A DNA stretch of 59,853 bases, filler included, from Sphacelaria rigidula (lineage: Eukaryota): assembly GCA_964200075.2 (NCBI GenBank). It is 10 parts of 10 records of this genome, joined end to end, with 100 filler letters (N's around TTAATTAATTAA, not from the genome) between each part and the next. Parts side by side here need not be neighbours in the genome. Positions count along the whole stretch, not along the records: positions 35,974 to 41,868 come from CAXNAA020023664.1; positions 41,969 to 47,863 come from CAXNAA020023665.1; positions 47,964 to 53,858 come from CAXNAA020023666.1; 7 more parts are not named here. One strand, 5' to 3'. The translations under genes and the position numbers were made by a program. The notes beneath the pieces were generated by a model. It saw only the letters and a program-made list of their open reading frames with translations, ran no database searches and had not been told where the DNA came from. Each line of letters opens with the position of its first letter. Positions within the stretch are counted from its first letter, which is position 1. This document shows positions 36,646-49,742 of this stretch, one piece after another.

Positions 36646-39600
36646 GTGAGTATCCTTCGTCATTTATCAGGTTCCTCTTTGCCGGGTACAGGACAACCTC
36701 CCGTTTATCGGTGCGGGAACAGTGGCAATGTCGTCCACGTTGCTCTTGTGCGCATCGATTTGACGTGTCACGGATTCACGGAACGCGCGCGTCGTATCCG
36801 TGGTCACCCTATTTTCAATCGTTGATGTCGAATTTCTCAATCTTCATTTGGCGGCGAGTTTCTTTGGGGCGTGTTAATATCCCGCATTTTTTTCACTTCA
36901 GGCGGCGGATTTTTTGTACCAGATCATGACCCGTGTGATTTCGGGGATTGAAGGAGCCCTTGCACCACCCGCCGCGACCTAGTGCTATTTGCAGGGAGCG
37001 GTGCGTTAGCTACAGGGACACAAATGTTTTCGGCCGGTGTGCGCGAAGATCGAAAGTCATGGGTGATGGGCCCCGTACTTTCTTTGCACCCTTTATGAAG
37101 TTGGTCATTTTCCAGCGAAAAACTCTGTGCCGCACGAAATGGTTCACCCTCATCACCCCAAACCCTTCCATCCGCGAAAGTTCACGCCGACTCTCGTAGT
37201 TGTGGACTCTCGGAATTTGTTCACATTTACAACGGATGTCACGAGTTTTCATTTTTCGAGGGCCTTGGTTTTTTTCTCGTCACTAATTGGGGGTCCCAGG
37301 GTTTGTCGGTGTTTCTTGCGGACTACATGCCCTTCCGGGACGCCCGATAAATGACGAAAATATTCGAAAGAATCCATTCGAGAATGGGTTCGTAATCTTT
37401 CATGATGCATGTGTGCAAAGTTTCAGAATCCAAGTGAAAGGATCGGCGTGAACATTTACGCTTTTGTGCAATGAAGTGGGCTAAACAGGTGCGAACCCTA
37501 CCTACGGAATTTTTATATGGAAATTCAATTTTGAGATGTCCACGAACTCATTGCCTCAGAGCTTCGAGTTACGCGACAAAAGTCTGCACAACATTTCTGT
37601 GTACCACCTTGGGGCTCGTGCTTCTTTCTCTTTTTTATTTCTTCACTCTTGAGGCATTCCTTGACGGCTTCGGTGGGTCGAGGTGTCAGGACCCCCCGGA
37701 AGGTGTGTCAAGAGAGGAGAAGCTTGAAAACATTTTCGGATCATTTCATTTTCTCCATTTGTTGCACCAAAATATCTATCGAACACGCGAGTTCGAGGGT
37801 GATGTGAGCTTTTTCACGACATTCAAAAGGGAAAACGTCAGGAGGCTCGCGGGTCGTCGGATATTATCAATGGAAATCTGACGACGCCAAAACCCCACAT
37901 CGTATCACTGGAAAGTGACGGTTTGGAGTAAAATGCGATCCCATCGTAACGGTTCTCAAACCCGTTTTTTTTCCATGAAATTTCCGAGCCGAAGGTGGCC
38001 GCTACAATCTAAAAGAATTTGAAGAAAGAACAACACTTGTGGTGTGGGAATTCAAATATTATTGAAGTTCGGAACAAATCGAAGGCCGCTGACTGATCGG
38101 AGCACTTTCACGCCCGTAGCTGGCGCCACCGCTATGACTTTGAAGGAAAAATACGGCTATTTGACCCTCTTCAGTCCATGGCGTTCAGCATGACAATCTG
38201 TTTGCGCTATTTTGGGTAGGAGGTGATGCGGAATGCATTAGCTGATTGTTGAATTTCGGGTGCTGAGCGTGAACCAGCTCTGTGGCTATGATCTGGGCCA
38301 GCATATGAACGGATTTGAGCTCTCACAGCCCTGGCACATCGACACGGACGATTTAGGCCGCGATCCGCATAATTATTCATCGTAAAATTAAAGGGAAGAT
38401 ACCAATCTGTAGGAGATCCTGGGTCATTTCTTTCTCGTTTGTCGAACGCCATGTTGAGTAATTCCTGTATGGTACGGAGATATGGTCGATATTGTTGATT
38501 GTCCATGGACGTGGCCCACAAGGTGAACAAAACGGGGAACACTCGCGACAAAACGACAGTAGCAAATCCAGGTTGTGTTTGTAGGGTGCACCCGGCTGAA
38601 ATTAGGGTGTTAACAGAAGTATAAATAAATGATGAAGGGCGTATCGCTAGGGCATAATGAAAAACTTGCAGCTCCTTGCGGTATACCTCGTATATATATA
38701 TTTTCATGAGGCCTCTGTTTCTGGCCCGTAACTCAGTTCCCCAGCTCAGTTTTTAAAGTTGTGTTTCGAAATTTTGTGTGGAAATTTGCGAGGGTATTTC
38801 AAGAACAAGAAGCCGCAGGCCTTGATTTCCATAGTTTCGATTCGTGGGGTGAGGAATCTGCCGTGAAAAGTTGTCCTTACTACACTGAAATGTCCCTAAC
38901 TCATAGGAAAAATACGAAATTAACGTGTACCAATGTTTTTTCATCGTACCCTACGAGGTGGGCCAGCCTAAAAACCGATTAAAGCTCTGAAAGGAATATC
39001 TCATCGACACAGACGAGTTGGGCCGTGATCCACATATTGTACTAATCGTCCAATCAAGGGGAAGGTGCCCATCCGCTCAAAAGTTTGGGCCAATGTTTTC
39101 TCGTTGATTAAACCCCATGTCGAGTAATTCCTATACCTCAGGGAGATAGCGCCAATCCTGAAATCTCTATGAAATTCCCGATCGATGCATTTAGCGGATG
39201 GCGACGGATTTTGGTGTGGACATTCTCTGGAGCAAGGGGAGACGACAGATACCCTCACCACCTGATTCGTCTTCTATTCCGAGATATGGCGCACATGAGT
39301 TTCCATACTAAAATAAAAAAATTACGAGCAGAGGCACTAGATGCCCTAAATCTGGATATCACGTCTCAGTTTCAAAAAGTTGTTCCACAAATTTTCGTGT
39401 GGTGAACCGCTAGTGCATAATAAAAAACGAAAAGAACAGCTTGTTACCTTCTTGATTTTTTTTTCATTTTTTCATGTTTTTTGTGTTTTTAGTGGAGTTT
39501 TGAGGAGAACTGTACATTGCCGTTAGGCCCTGTAATTTATCTCAATGTTTCAGCTCAATAATTAGAATTGTGATTTTAAAGTTAGCACGGAGAAGCACAA

Positions 39601-40354
39601 AAGTGTGCCGAATGAAAAAAAAAATGGGCCTTCATTTCTTCATTTTTTCAAAGAGGTTGGGGCGTTCCCGTAAAGAAATTGTCTTCACCGTAGTAGAATG
39701 CCCTAAACCAGTGAAGAAAAAATGAAGAAAATCTACCTGATCACTTTGTTTTGCCAATTATGCGTTGAAGAGCGCCCACCTAAAATTTCAAAACACGAAA
39801 ACCAAATATGGGCCGGTGAGTGGCCTGCGAAATACTGTTCCGAATTTCTACCGCCCCGGTTTTTTAAAGGCCTATGCTCCCGCCAATATTTGGAGTTGGA
39901 CTCTGATATCTGGTATCGACAATGCAAAGGGGATGAAAGAAAAATTACGTCGGCACCAAAAGCTTTTTTTTTTTCATAAGTTAAGGGCAATAATCAGTTT
40001 TCAGGTATCAGTGAAATGCCTTCATCTCATGGAAAAAAAAATTGCACCAACATATAGATATTTTTTCATGCCCTATTCATTGTCCATACAAAATTTCAGG
40101 GTCCAACTCTAAACATTGGCGGGAGCATGGGCCTTCAAACTTCAAATCCGTCTCTAGGCTGGCCCAGCTCGCAGCGATTTGCCACACAAGATTTGAAAGC
40201 ATGAGTACCACAACTGGGCTGGTAAATGACGTACAAAAAACTTTTTCGAATCTCGGCCGGCCCGAGTTCTAAATCGTCTATTCTCACTTCCAATTTGAGA
40301 CTTGAACTTTCGAAAATGTTTTGAAGATTCGACGGTGCGTAGTATAAAAAGTTT

Positions 40355-41735
40355 CATACGTCGGACGAGCACGAGTGTGACTCGTGGCACTCGCACTCGT
40401 TTGGCTGCTCGTTGGCCGTATGAATTCATTGAGCGAGCACTCGAGTCATTGCTTGGTGGGGAAAAAAATAATGGGGCGAGCACTCGAGTCATTGCTCGTT
40501 GTGGAGAAAAATGAATAGGGCGAGCACTCGAGTCACTGCTCGTTGTGGAAAAAAAATCATGGGGGGAGCACATGAGTCATTGCTTGTTGTGGAAAAAAAG
40601 TAATGGGACGAACACTTGAGTCGATGCTCGTAGTGGAAAAAATCGATCCCTTTGGGACCGGACCTCCAGAAGGACCAATGAGGCTGGTTAGGAATGACGT
40701 GTTTGACGTCCGCACGAAATAGTGGCATGTTGCTGAAAATCCGCGTATGTAACCGCAAGGTTATGGAAAAGACCGAAAGCTTTATCTATTCTACTTTCAG
40801 GTGCAGGGTGTGCATTAGGTAATGTACATCTGATGTAGCAAGCAGTATGGGTCGCGAGATAGAGCTTCCAACAGGATGCGGCGACCGGCGGGCCGCCCGC
40901 CACTTGTGGCCTCGGATGATGATAATATCCATATCACGTTGCCACACAGCACTTTGTGGTCGGGGTGGGCCGCCATTTCCCTCTTTGTTGCATGCGACAA
41001 ATTGTATTCAAAGGGTATTGGCGTTGCGGCGCACATACACACGGTACAGTACAGTACAGTAAGTGCAGTACGCCTCTCCGACTGCAGTAGCAGCTGCCGC
41101 TGCATACTCCCTTGCACGTTCTGGGCAGTTCTCAGCGACGGAGATCAGCTGCCTTTACACAGCTTGTTCATCCTCGTCCACTACATACATGTGCACAGTG
41201 TTGTGCAAGTCATCGGGAGAGAGATGAGCAGAATTGATGACGGTAGCTCCTCTTGTCTTTTCACGGCCCACGTGGGTTTAGTGCCTCGTGAAAATGACCA
41301 CATTGTGGCATGTACACTCCTTTGTTGGTGTACGTTTTAGTAGAGGCTCACGACCCCAAAAAACTCCTGGGAAACCCCGACAACACTATATAGATTGCAA
41401 GTAATACGATAACCCATGCTCCGAGCACCCTGGCTTTAGAAACCCGGGAAGGCTCCTCTGGGCCAGGGATGGGGCCCGCACACTATTTTCGCAGTGACAT
41501 CACACTCGGAAACAGTCTCTGCGCTGGTCGTTCGGGTCTGGTCGATAAATGTTGCCTCGCGGTTATTAGGCAGGTCGCTCCCTGACTTATTTTTCTATTA
41601 TTCCACTAAGACATCGTCAACCTTGTGTTGGTGAGGGGTCGGTTCCATGCCAAGGGGTTAATAGGGCGAGCACTCGAGTCATTGCTCGTTGTGGAAAAAA
41701 ATAATGGGGCGAGCACTCGAGTCATTACTCGTTGT
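40355..41735 (+). mobile_element. TIR element with a ~43-bp tandem array, interrupted by a nested ~1-kb element
   Basis: Terminus CATACGTCGGACGAG at 40355. About 5 units span 40431-40642, and the array resumes at 41661-41735 after the insertion. Confidence 0.75.
40648..41657 (+). mobile_element. ~1-kb non-autonomous piggyBac-like element (copy 1)
   Basis: Starts CCCTTTGGGACCGG and ends ...CAAGGGG followed by TTAA. Colinear with 58541-59579 over its whole length. No intact transposase. Confidence 0.8.
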
Positions 41736-42009
41736 GTGTGTATGTGTGTATGTGTTGTCTTCCCATTTATTCTGGGCGCCAGTCTACCCCTTTCGGGATA
41801 TGTGGGTACATCAGCCGGGGTAACACAGGAGGAAGGTCAACACAGTAGCTTCTTCTTTTTTCTTTGTTNNNNNNNNNNNNNNNNNNNNNNNNNNNNNNNN
41901 NNNNNNNNNNNNTTAATTAATTAANNNNNNNNNNNNNNNNNNNNNNNNNNNNNNNNNNNNNNNNNNNNTTGGTGGGGGGGGGTGGTGGGTGGGGGGTGGG
42001 AGGGGGGGA

Positions 42010-42054
<45 letters not shown>

Positions 42055-44029
42055 AGTCATGATTCTGCAAGCCTCAGTCGTAGGACCACTAATCTCGCAT
42101 ATCCTACAGAGTCACGACGGGTTACGCCGGGTTTTGCCGGGCCGGCTTCGCAATCCCCAAGCGCGAGGCGCCGTGATGCACTCGACAAGTTGCACGAAGA
42201 GTGACTGCATCTTACTAAAGGTTTTACGCCCAAAGCGTGAATAATTGTATTTCTATGGGTAACAGCCTACAATGAGTTGCTTGCTTCATTCAGCGCGCGG
42301 GGGGGATGATCGGGGAGGGGGGAGGGTGGAGAGGGGCTTTTGCCATCTATTATTCAATGGATGAATCAATCAATTTCTGTTTTATATTTATCTCGTCCCC
42401 AATCTTTCGCATCTTGACGTGTCATATTCATGTGCTGGAGCGTCTTGGTTGGATGTCGATATTGGGCCACGCATCGACATGTACCACTGTATTGCAGTGC
42501 TACTGCTGCGGAACTGCTTACTGAACCCAAAGCGTCGCACGCGTCTATCTCGTGCAGTACGTTAGCACGTTGCTGTTCATACCAGACACCTACATGGCTC
42601 GCGGTAGCCTCCCCGCAATTTTCGAAAAACAGTGAGAATTCATGCTGTGAGGCCGGGAATTCATTTCAGACACCTGAACCAAAGCGTTTTTCAAACTTCT
42701 GATCACGTCTAGAAGCCTACCTAACTATGTTGATAGAACCCCGACGCATCTGCCCACCGACACAAGTTTGTGCTAGTAAGGACACTTCGGGTGTGATGCC
42801 TGGACCGGACGATATGTCACCCCTTGCGATGGGTAGACAGCAGAGTGGTGCTACGATAGGGGTGGACAAATATTTTCTGGGGTTAGAATTGCTAGGAGCC
42901 CTTTATCTCATCCAAAACACGACTTATGAAATATGTGAGAGTACGCCAGGATTACTCTTCCAGCGTGCTAGGGATATCCCAAATGAGTTTGCAAACGGGG
43001 ATGCCCTGACATATTCCCAACTAGAATCGTTAGGAGTCCCCGAACCAGCCAAGATTTTGCGCAAAAAGTGACACCCTACCATAGCAATGTTCAACATGTT
43101 GAAGTCCTACATGCATCGCAGACATCGAACGATCGCATGCAGGTGATCAGGACCCACGCTGGGTAAGCCATACAACACTCTCTTATGATCAGATATATGC
43201 AATAGTGGGCAAAAGTGATCTCGACATGGTAGGCCGTGTTGAATTGGTGCTGCTATGATCTCGATTCAAGCGCCAGAAACGAGGTTTACTACGGTGCCCG
43301 TCATTCCAATACTCGTCCGTGTTTTCGTGCGGGGGATAAGCCTCTGTTGTACCTGGCCTCATGGAATAATCCACTCGATCCGACAAGAGCTTTACTCAAA
43401 ACACGTGAAAGTAGAAATAGAAAAATGTCATGCTTGTAGGGTGCACGGTGGTATGTTTACGACCCGGCATTTGCTTCCCAACGACACTAGACACACTTGT
43501 TGAGAAGCCAAAGTCAATAGACGGAAACAGGTCTGTTTGCACCTTCGATCCCTATGTGTATCTCAACCGACGACCACATAATTCGCACGAATGCTTCTGT
43601 GCACGCTCCCAATGCGCCTGCAATCTACCACGTGTTCCCTTCGATAAAAAAAGGCACCGAGATGCATAAACTCCTTCCCATGGAAAACAATTCATGGGGT
43701 TCCGACGACCGGAGCCCACCTCTCAACCATGAAGTTTAGCCTGCCAACACTACTATAGCTTCGGCGATCACTGTGGACTATCGTGAATCGCAAATCAATC
43801 CAGTGGAGTATTTTCTATTTCGGCAAAATTTGATATTGTCGTCCGGGAACGCGAGGACGAGGGTTGAGAGAAGTCGACGGGCTGCGTGAGTGCTCATCCT
43901 AAGCTTGATGAGTTTCGCGGTAAGTACCGGGGGGAGATGTGTCGATATCTTGAGCTACTTGTCTCAAGGAGGGGGCGGTGAAACAGCCCGAAAACATGTC
44001 CAAAGATGGAATATTTTTGTTTTCACTGT

Positions 44030-44458
44030 AAACACGGGATCTTACAAATTGGGAATGGATACTTTATTGAGGATGAGGACCCCGGATGATTAAAAACTTC
44101 GCATCCACACCAAATCTTTGGAACATGGTTGTATTTCATTACCTTCTGATAGCTATTGACAACTGCTACAACCCATAGAAATTTGGGTTTCGATCACTGA
44201 AATATTGGGGTCCTCGGTGAAAAACCAATTTCGAAACCATTTTGGCGTCCATTCGGTCACCCGGAATTCCTCAAAAATTGGTTTTTCACCTAGGATCCCA
44301 GCATTTCGGTGATCGAAATCCAAATTTATTTGGGGTGTAGCACTTGTCAATAGCTATCAGTAGGTAAAGAAATACAACCATGTTTCAAAGATCTGGTGTG
44401 GATACGAAGTTTTTAATTCTCTGGGTTTCTCATCCCCAATTCGTAAGATCCCGTGTTT
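44030..44458. mobile_element. Foldback MITE with ~200-bp inverted arms
   Basis: AAACACGGGATCTTAC...CTGATAGCTATTGACAA...GGTGAAAAACCAATTT is mirrored by AAATTGGTTTTTCACC...TTGTCAATAGCTATCAG...GTAAGATCCCGTGTTT. A related end lies at 53959-54024. Confidence 0.9.
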
Positions 44459-45527
44459 GTACCGTTTCGTTCGACCTTGATGCTACCTATATCGCAACTT
44501 CCATCCAAATATGAGCTCATGTACCTCATACATGTTTGATACACCAACGACATATTCTGCGTCGATCGTGTGTCTTCGATTTGAACGTAATTCACATCTC
44601 GATGGCAATCATTATCATGGATTAGCATACGAAGAGCTAAGTGTTCTCCCACCTGCGAACCTAACTCACGAAGGCTGTGCACATCAACCATGTTCACACA
44701 TCCACCCTACGAAATTTGAACGCCCGATAAGCGCTCATCACATGTCGATCGCACAGAATATTTGATCTCGAGGTTTTTACCATATAAGCCACATCCACCA
44801 CACTTGCGCGACATGAAGTCGACAACGCTTGTAGGTATACGTTGTGACCACGCCTAAACTCCTCGAAGATCAGTTATATTTTGTGCGATCAATCGGTAAG
44901 TCAATCATTCAAAGCACCAAAGCGAATCATGTTCAACGCCGAATGCCTCGAATCCAGACATGGTATCTGTGTAACTCCCGTTTCCATATCAGTGAAGCCC
45001 GTCTTGTAACACACATCGTTGGTCGTACGTCGTACCGCACATGCTTAGCCTATACATCGGCAGTATACATCTATGTGCCCCTGCCAACGCTTAGCTCCAT
45101 GTGTGGCTTACTCTCGTCACCAAAATCTCATCAAATGAAACACAAGTTGTTACTCATATCCGTCAGTCATGTATGTGTATTCGACACCTTACTTTCGACC
45201 TCCACGTCAACCATGTCCGTCATATTCCAGGCATCGTCCACCGGCAAAAGCGAAACAAGACTCAAGACTCTCCGTGTTTCTCTCCTGTCTGCACTCCGCT
45301 TGCCCCCATAGCGTAGCAGCAACCTAAAATATCTAGATGTAATTGAGTTAGGAGTTGCGTGAGGGATATATATTTGAAAGAGCATAACAGCGATTCGGAT
45401 GGGGGTCGCAGCACGGTCACACAGTGCCGCGACATACACCTACGGGGGATGGTATTGATAGTTGGATTTATAATGCGTGGGAGGACCGCGTGCTCAGAGG
45501 ACTGCATCGGAATTTGAACACCCCTAT

Positions 45528-45720
45528 GGTTAGGGTTTGGGTAAGGGTTAGTGTTGGGGTTAGGGTCAGGGGCGTGGTACCTGCAGGGACTGACCCGATT
45601 GCTTTTGAAAAACGTCGATCCTGAGATATTTTGAACTACGGCGCGGTCCTCTAAGCACGCGGTCCTCTCACGCATAACAGGATTTACGGTTAGGGCTAGA
45701 GTGAGAGTTGATGTTAGGGC
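45528..45720 (+). repeat. Degenerate interstitial (TTAGGG)-like repeats
   Basis: GGTTAGGGTTTGGGTAAGGGTTAGTGTTGGGGTTAGGGTCAGGGG at 45528-45572, with a second patch at 45688-45720. Confidence 0.65.
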
Positions 45721-48700
45721 GATGCACTGTAGTGAATGTGACACACTCGCGTAGACACTCCGCCCCCCGCCAGATATTCTGGCCTACATGAACACGGACT
45801 GGCGAGTCGATAGTCGATGCATTTCAATGCAATACCTATGCGTGCAACGCGCTGGCCCAGGTCTACATACAGGCTGGTCCACCTACTCGAGACAAACGCG
45901 TGTTTCAAAGGTGAATATCCCAAGCAGTGTCAAAATACACCACAATAAAAAGGTTTCCTGCTACCACAAACAAAAGGTTTCCTGCTCCCGCACAGCCACC
46001 CGGAGTGCGTCGCGCGGTCTGATTGATCATTGGGATCCGTTCATCATTTCGCACGTTGCTGTTATATTGTTATATCCGACCCGGCCAGGTGACGGCAGCT
46101 AGGGGACGGATTAATACAAAGCTAAAGAATACCTTTCCTCTTGTTCGAATGGTCTGAACGTTCGTGTGGGCATTGCTGGCACCAAGGCAAGGACGACGGC
46201 ACCTGTTTCGACAGCCCATCATCGTTGTTCGAACGTTATGCCCGAAAACGACGTTTGGAGGAATGTGAACAATGGTGTATGAGATTTCCAAGCACTTGGA
46301 GATGTCAGGATCTTGGGTTCCTCATACCAAATTTGGAAGAAAAAACCTGAGATGTTGCACAGAGGTGCGCACCGACCATGTGAAGGCCATCATTACTGTG
46401 CCATATTCTCGAGTCGTTTTTCCCTGTAAATCGGCGGACCTTTGTCGAATTGAGTCACATGGCCTCAACTCCAAAACTGCAAACACAACGAAACGAAAAG
46501 AGTCCAATAACCTGTGAATGATCGATGGGCACCTGTCCTCAAACGTTAAGGTCTTGGCTTTTAGAACGTCCAAAAGTTGCGTGTGGAATCACCGGAATTT
46601 CTGTGATTCTTTACGCTGTGGTACCGACCTGCTTTTGGGGGATTTTGTTCAAGCACACAACCCAACATCTCAGGATCGAGAGCACTGCGACGTCGACTTG
46701 CTAGGGCCGCTTGGCAGAGTGCATTCTACCCAATCTGAACGGCGTTTTGTAATGCTCGAGTAAGCGTGAAATCTGGATGTACTATAGTTGGGCGTACGTT
46801 CTGACGTGCACGAGAGGGAAGGAGGAAGAGCAGAATGATGTCCTTCACCGAGACGGAGCTCGTGTTGTGGAGAACTATACATAGACTACATGTCTCTTTA
46901 AAAGCGAGACTCAGCAAAAGCGCGGGGCAACTCGGCTTGCTCTTTCTGCTATTTCTCTGTCGTATAGATGTATGCGGCCATGTTTATCATGATTTGAATC
47001 GGCGAGATGATGGTATGGATACAGTACACAGATGCAGCATGTGCATATGGGACGCTGAGAATCGGGTGGTACTGTATGCTGCCCTGGATCGACACCGTTC
47101 ATCCACGTATGGAATAATATTGACGGCAATTTCAGTCCCTGGGGGAGACACTTTGCCCTCACAAGGAGACGTCAATCGCGATCTAGAACACCCGTGTTCA
47201 CTTATTACCTAGCCACACTTGAACTCCTCCCGTTCCTCAGGATGATCGAGTTCATGGTCTCGAGGGAACAACCTCCCTCTACTCCGGTATATTACCGACA
47301 TTTCGGCATTGCAGATTGGATCACCACTCTCGTATCGCGTCGCTTCCCGTCAATACTTCGGCTACTCACGTCCTCATGTCTTCGACGGCCGATATCAGAT
47401 ACTTCTCAAAGACGACGAATCTGCTGGGATGCTAACCCCCAACTCTGTCCTTACTGGTGTTAAGCTATTACAGTTGTACCATGTACTATTACCGTTGGAC
47501 TACCGGGGCGGAGCTGCCATTGGATCGGGTGTTGGCGAAATAGAATATCACTCCCGTAAACTTGAGAAACTTCACCTGTGTGAGGAAACGTCCCTCGAGG
47601 GTGCACGGATTAGTTTTCTTATTATAGCGGCTACACCACTCATGTGAAAAAGATGAATGCCTCAGCTCGGGCTATCAGGAGTAAGGTAATCGAAACCCCT
47701 CCAGAATTATTGGGAGCTCCTGAAGTGCACAGTTATACACGTAGCGGCCATGTGCTGTGCATGGGCATATGTGCAATTGTCCAGACACTACAAACAGTGT
47801 TTTCGTGAGATTGAGAGTAGATGATACGACTGAGAGTGAAAAGCGGTCAATCAGTGAATGAATNNNNNNNNNNNNNNNNNNNNNNNNNNNNNNNNNNNNN
47901 NNNNNNNTTAATTAATTAANNNNNNNNNNNNNNNNNNNNNNNNNNNNNNNNNNNNNNNNNNNNTTTGTTGCTTGCCTTAGCCATTTGACCATTGACCACG
48001 CATCCCTTTCGAGACGGGGGGGGGGGTATTTTGGGCCGTTTTTTTATTCGAAATTCTATTTGAAATCGTCGTGAATAGCAGCAACGGTTGTTCAAACGCG
48101 TTTGCTTCCGATAAATAGCGCTCATTTATTCTGCTTGACGCAGATTTTACCCAAATACAAGCTCACCGTGGGTCTGTCAGAACGTCTGAAGCATTTATGA
48201 GCCCATTTTTCGTGGAATCGAACAACCCCCTCCCTTACCGTAGCATGACTCTCGAGCGTATCGACTTCGAGGTTTCCTGCACGTTCACCACATTTTTACT
48301 GTCGTTTCTAGTTGAAGGAGTCATCTCGTCATGTACGATGGGCAGTGCGGGGAGCTTTCCTGATCGGTTCATTTACTGTCTGCGGTCGTCTGCCATAAGT
48401 GCTTGAGTTTACAACAGAAAAAAGAGACATAATTTGCGGAATGATCGACTCACTGCCACTGTTTGAAGGCAATGCGGGACTAAACGTTGCCGAATGATTC
48501 ACTGCATGCGCTCCATGAGAGTCTTTCACAGTTTTTCTTGCAATGCACGAAGAACAAATATGTCAAATATGTTCCATATCCGGCACAGCTCCTGGCCGTC
48601 CTCGTGTACGGGCGACTGATGGCTCACATCGCGAAAAAGCGGGTATCAATTGGTATGCACGGCAGCGCCTCCGTAAACACGCGTGTACCTGTTATCAGCA

Positions 48701-49742
48701 CTAAAGTCCTGTAGGGCCGCTTATATCGAAGTTTCAGGCGCAATGAACTGATGCATTAACCCAGGGCTAACTCTGTCCCCTACCGTAGTGGGTCGCCACA
48801 GTACTGTAGATCACCTCTTCCATTAATCCAGCGCGAATCCGCTCTTCTTCAAGTCGAGTGTCCTTAGCATCCGCATTAATTGTCGCGCGACTGCCGAAAT
48901 TGCACAGCAGCGCGCAGTGAAACCCGACAGTGGGTGTCGCCATGAACAACATAGAGCAGCTCGGGCTTCAACAGACAAACAAAAAAAACTGAACCAAGTC
49001 CAATTCTACGGCTCGAGGACAACATTGAGCATCGACCTACCCCACCCCGGTAGGCCCTTGAAATGATCAGCAATTCGATTATCGATGAAATACCCAATGG
49101 AGAAGTTGTTGCTTCAGAAGAGTCTGCGCGTAGTCTCAGGCATCCAGACCTTTCACGCGAGAACTTGAGAAACGCAGCTTGAGAGCTACCTACATGCTTA
49201 GTTTTTGCAACCCGCCGAATTACCCTCGCCTCTGGGGCACATTCCGCACTTTTTGGGCGTGTTTCTCTGTGCGTGTGTGTATATATCCGTGTGCTGGAAT
49301 ACCTCGTGTCAGTGAAGTTCTGTTCGAAACACCAACACTTTTGGCCCAATATGCCAAAGTCTATCCAATCATCGGTTCAGCCATAACGGGCTGGGGTCAT
49401 CTACAAAACGTGGAACCTTCAAACGACTGGAAATTATTTTTGGGAAAGATGGGTACATTGAAAAACATTCGGAAGATTTCGAGATTGGAATAATCGGCAA
49501 GAATAGGAACAATTGAAAACTAATTGGAAAACTTCGAGTTTTTGGAGACAACTGAAACCAAGAATCGGAAAACGGCAAATGGGGCTTCCTTTCCGACTTG
49601 TTTTTGAAGAAAACAAAACAAGGCTGTTGAAGATCTCGAAAAACTTGGGACGAAGGTGAAGGAAACTTAAATGAACTAACTGCATAGGAAAAGATGACGG
49701 CCTTCGTCGGCAGTTGAAAAAATGATGGACCGGAACATACAC

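Noticed and set aside
40431..40642. CRISPR-like array of ~43-bp units with a palindromic core
   Set aside because: The units are contiguous degenerate tandem copies without unique spacers, there are no cas genes, and the context is a eukaryotic transposon.
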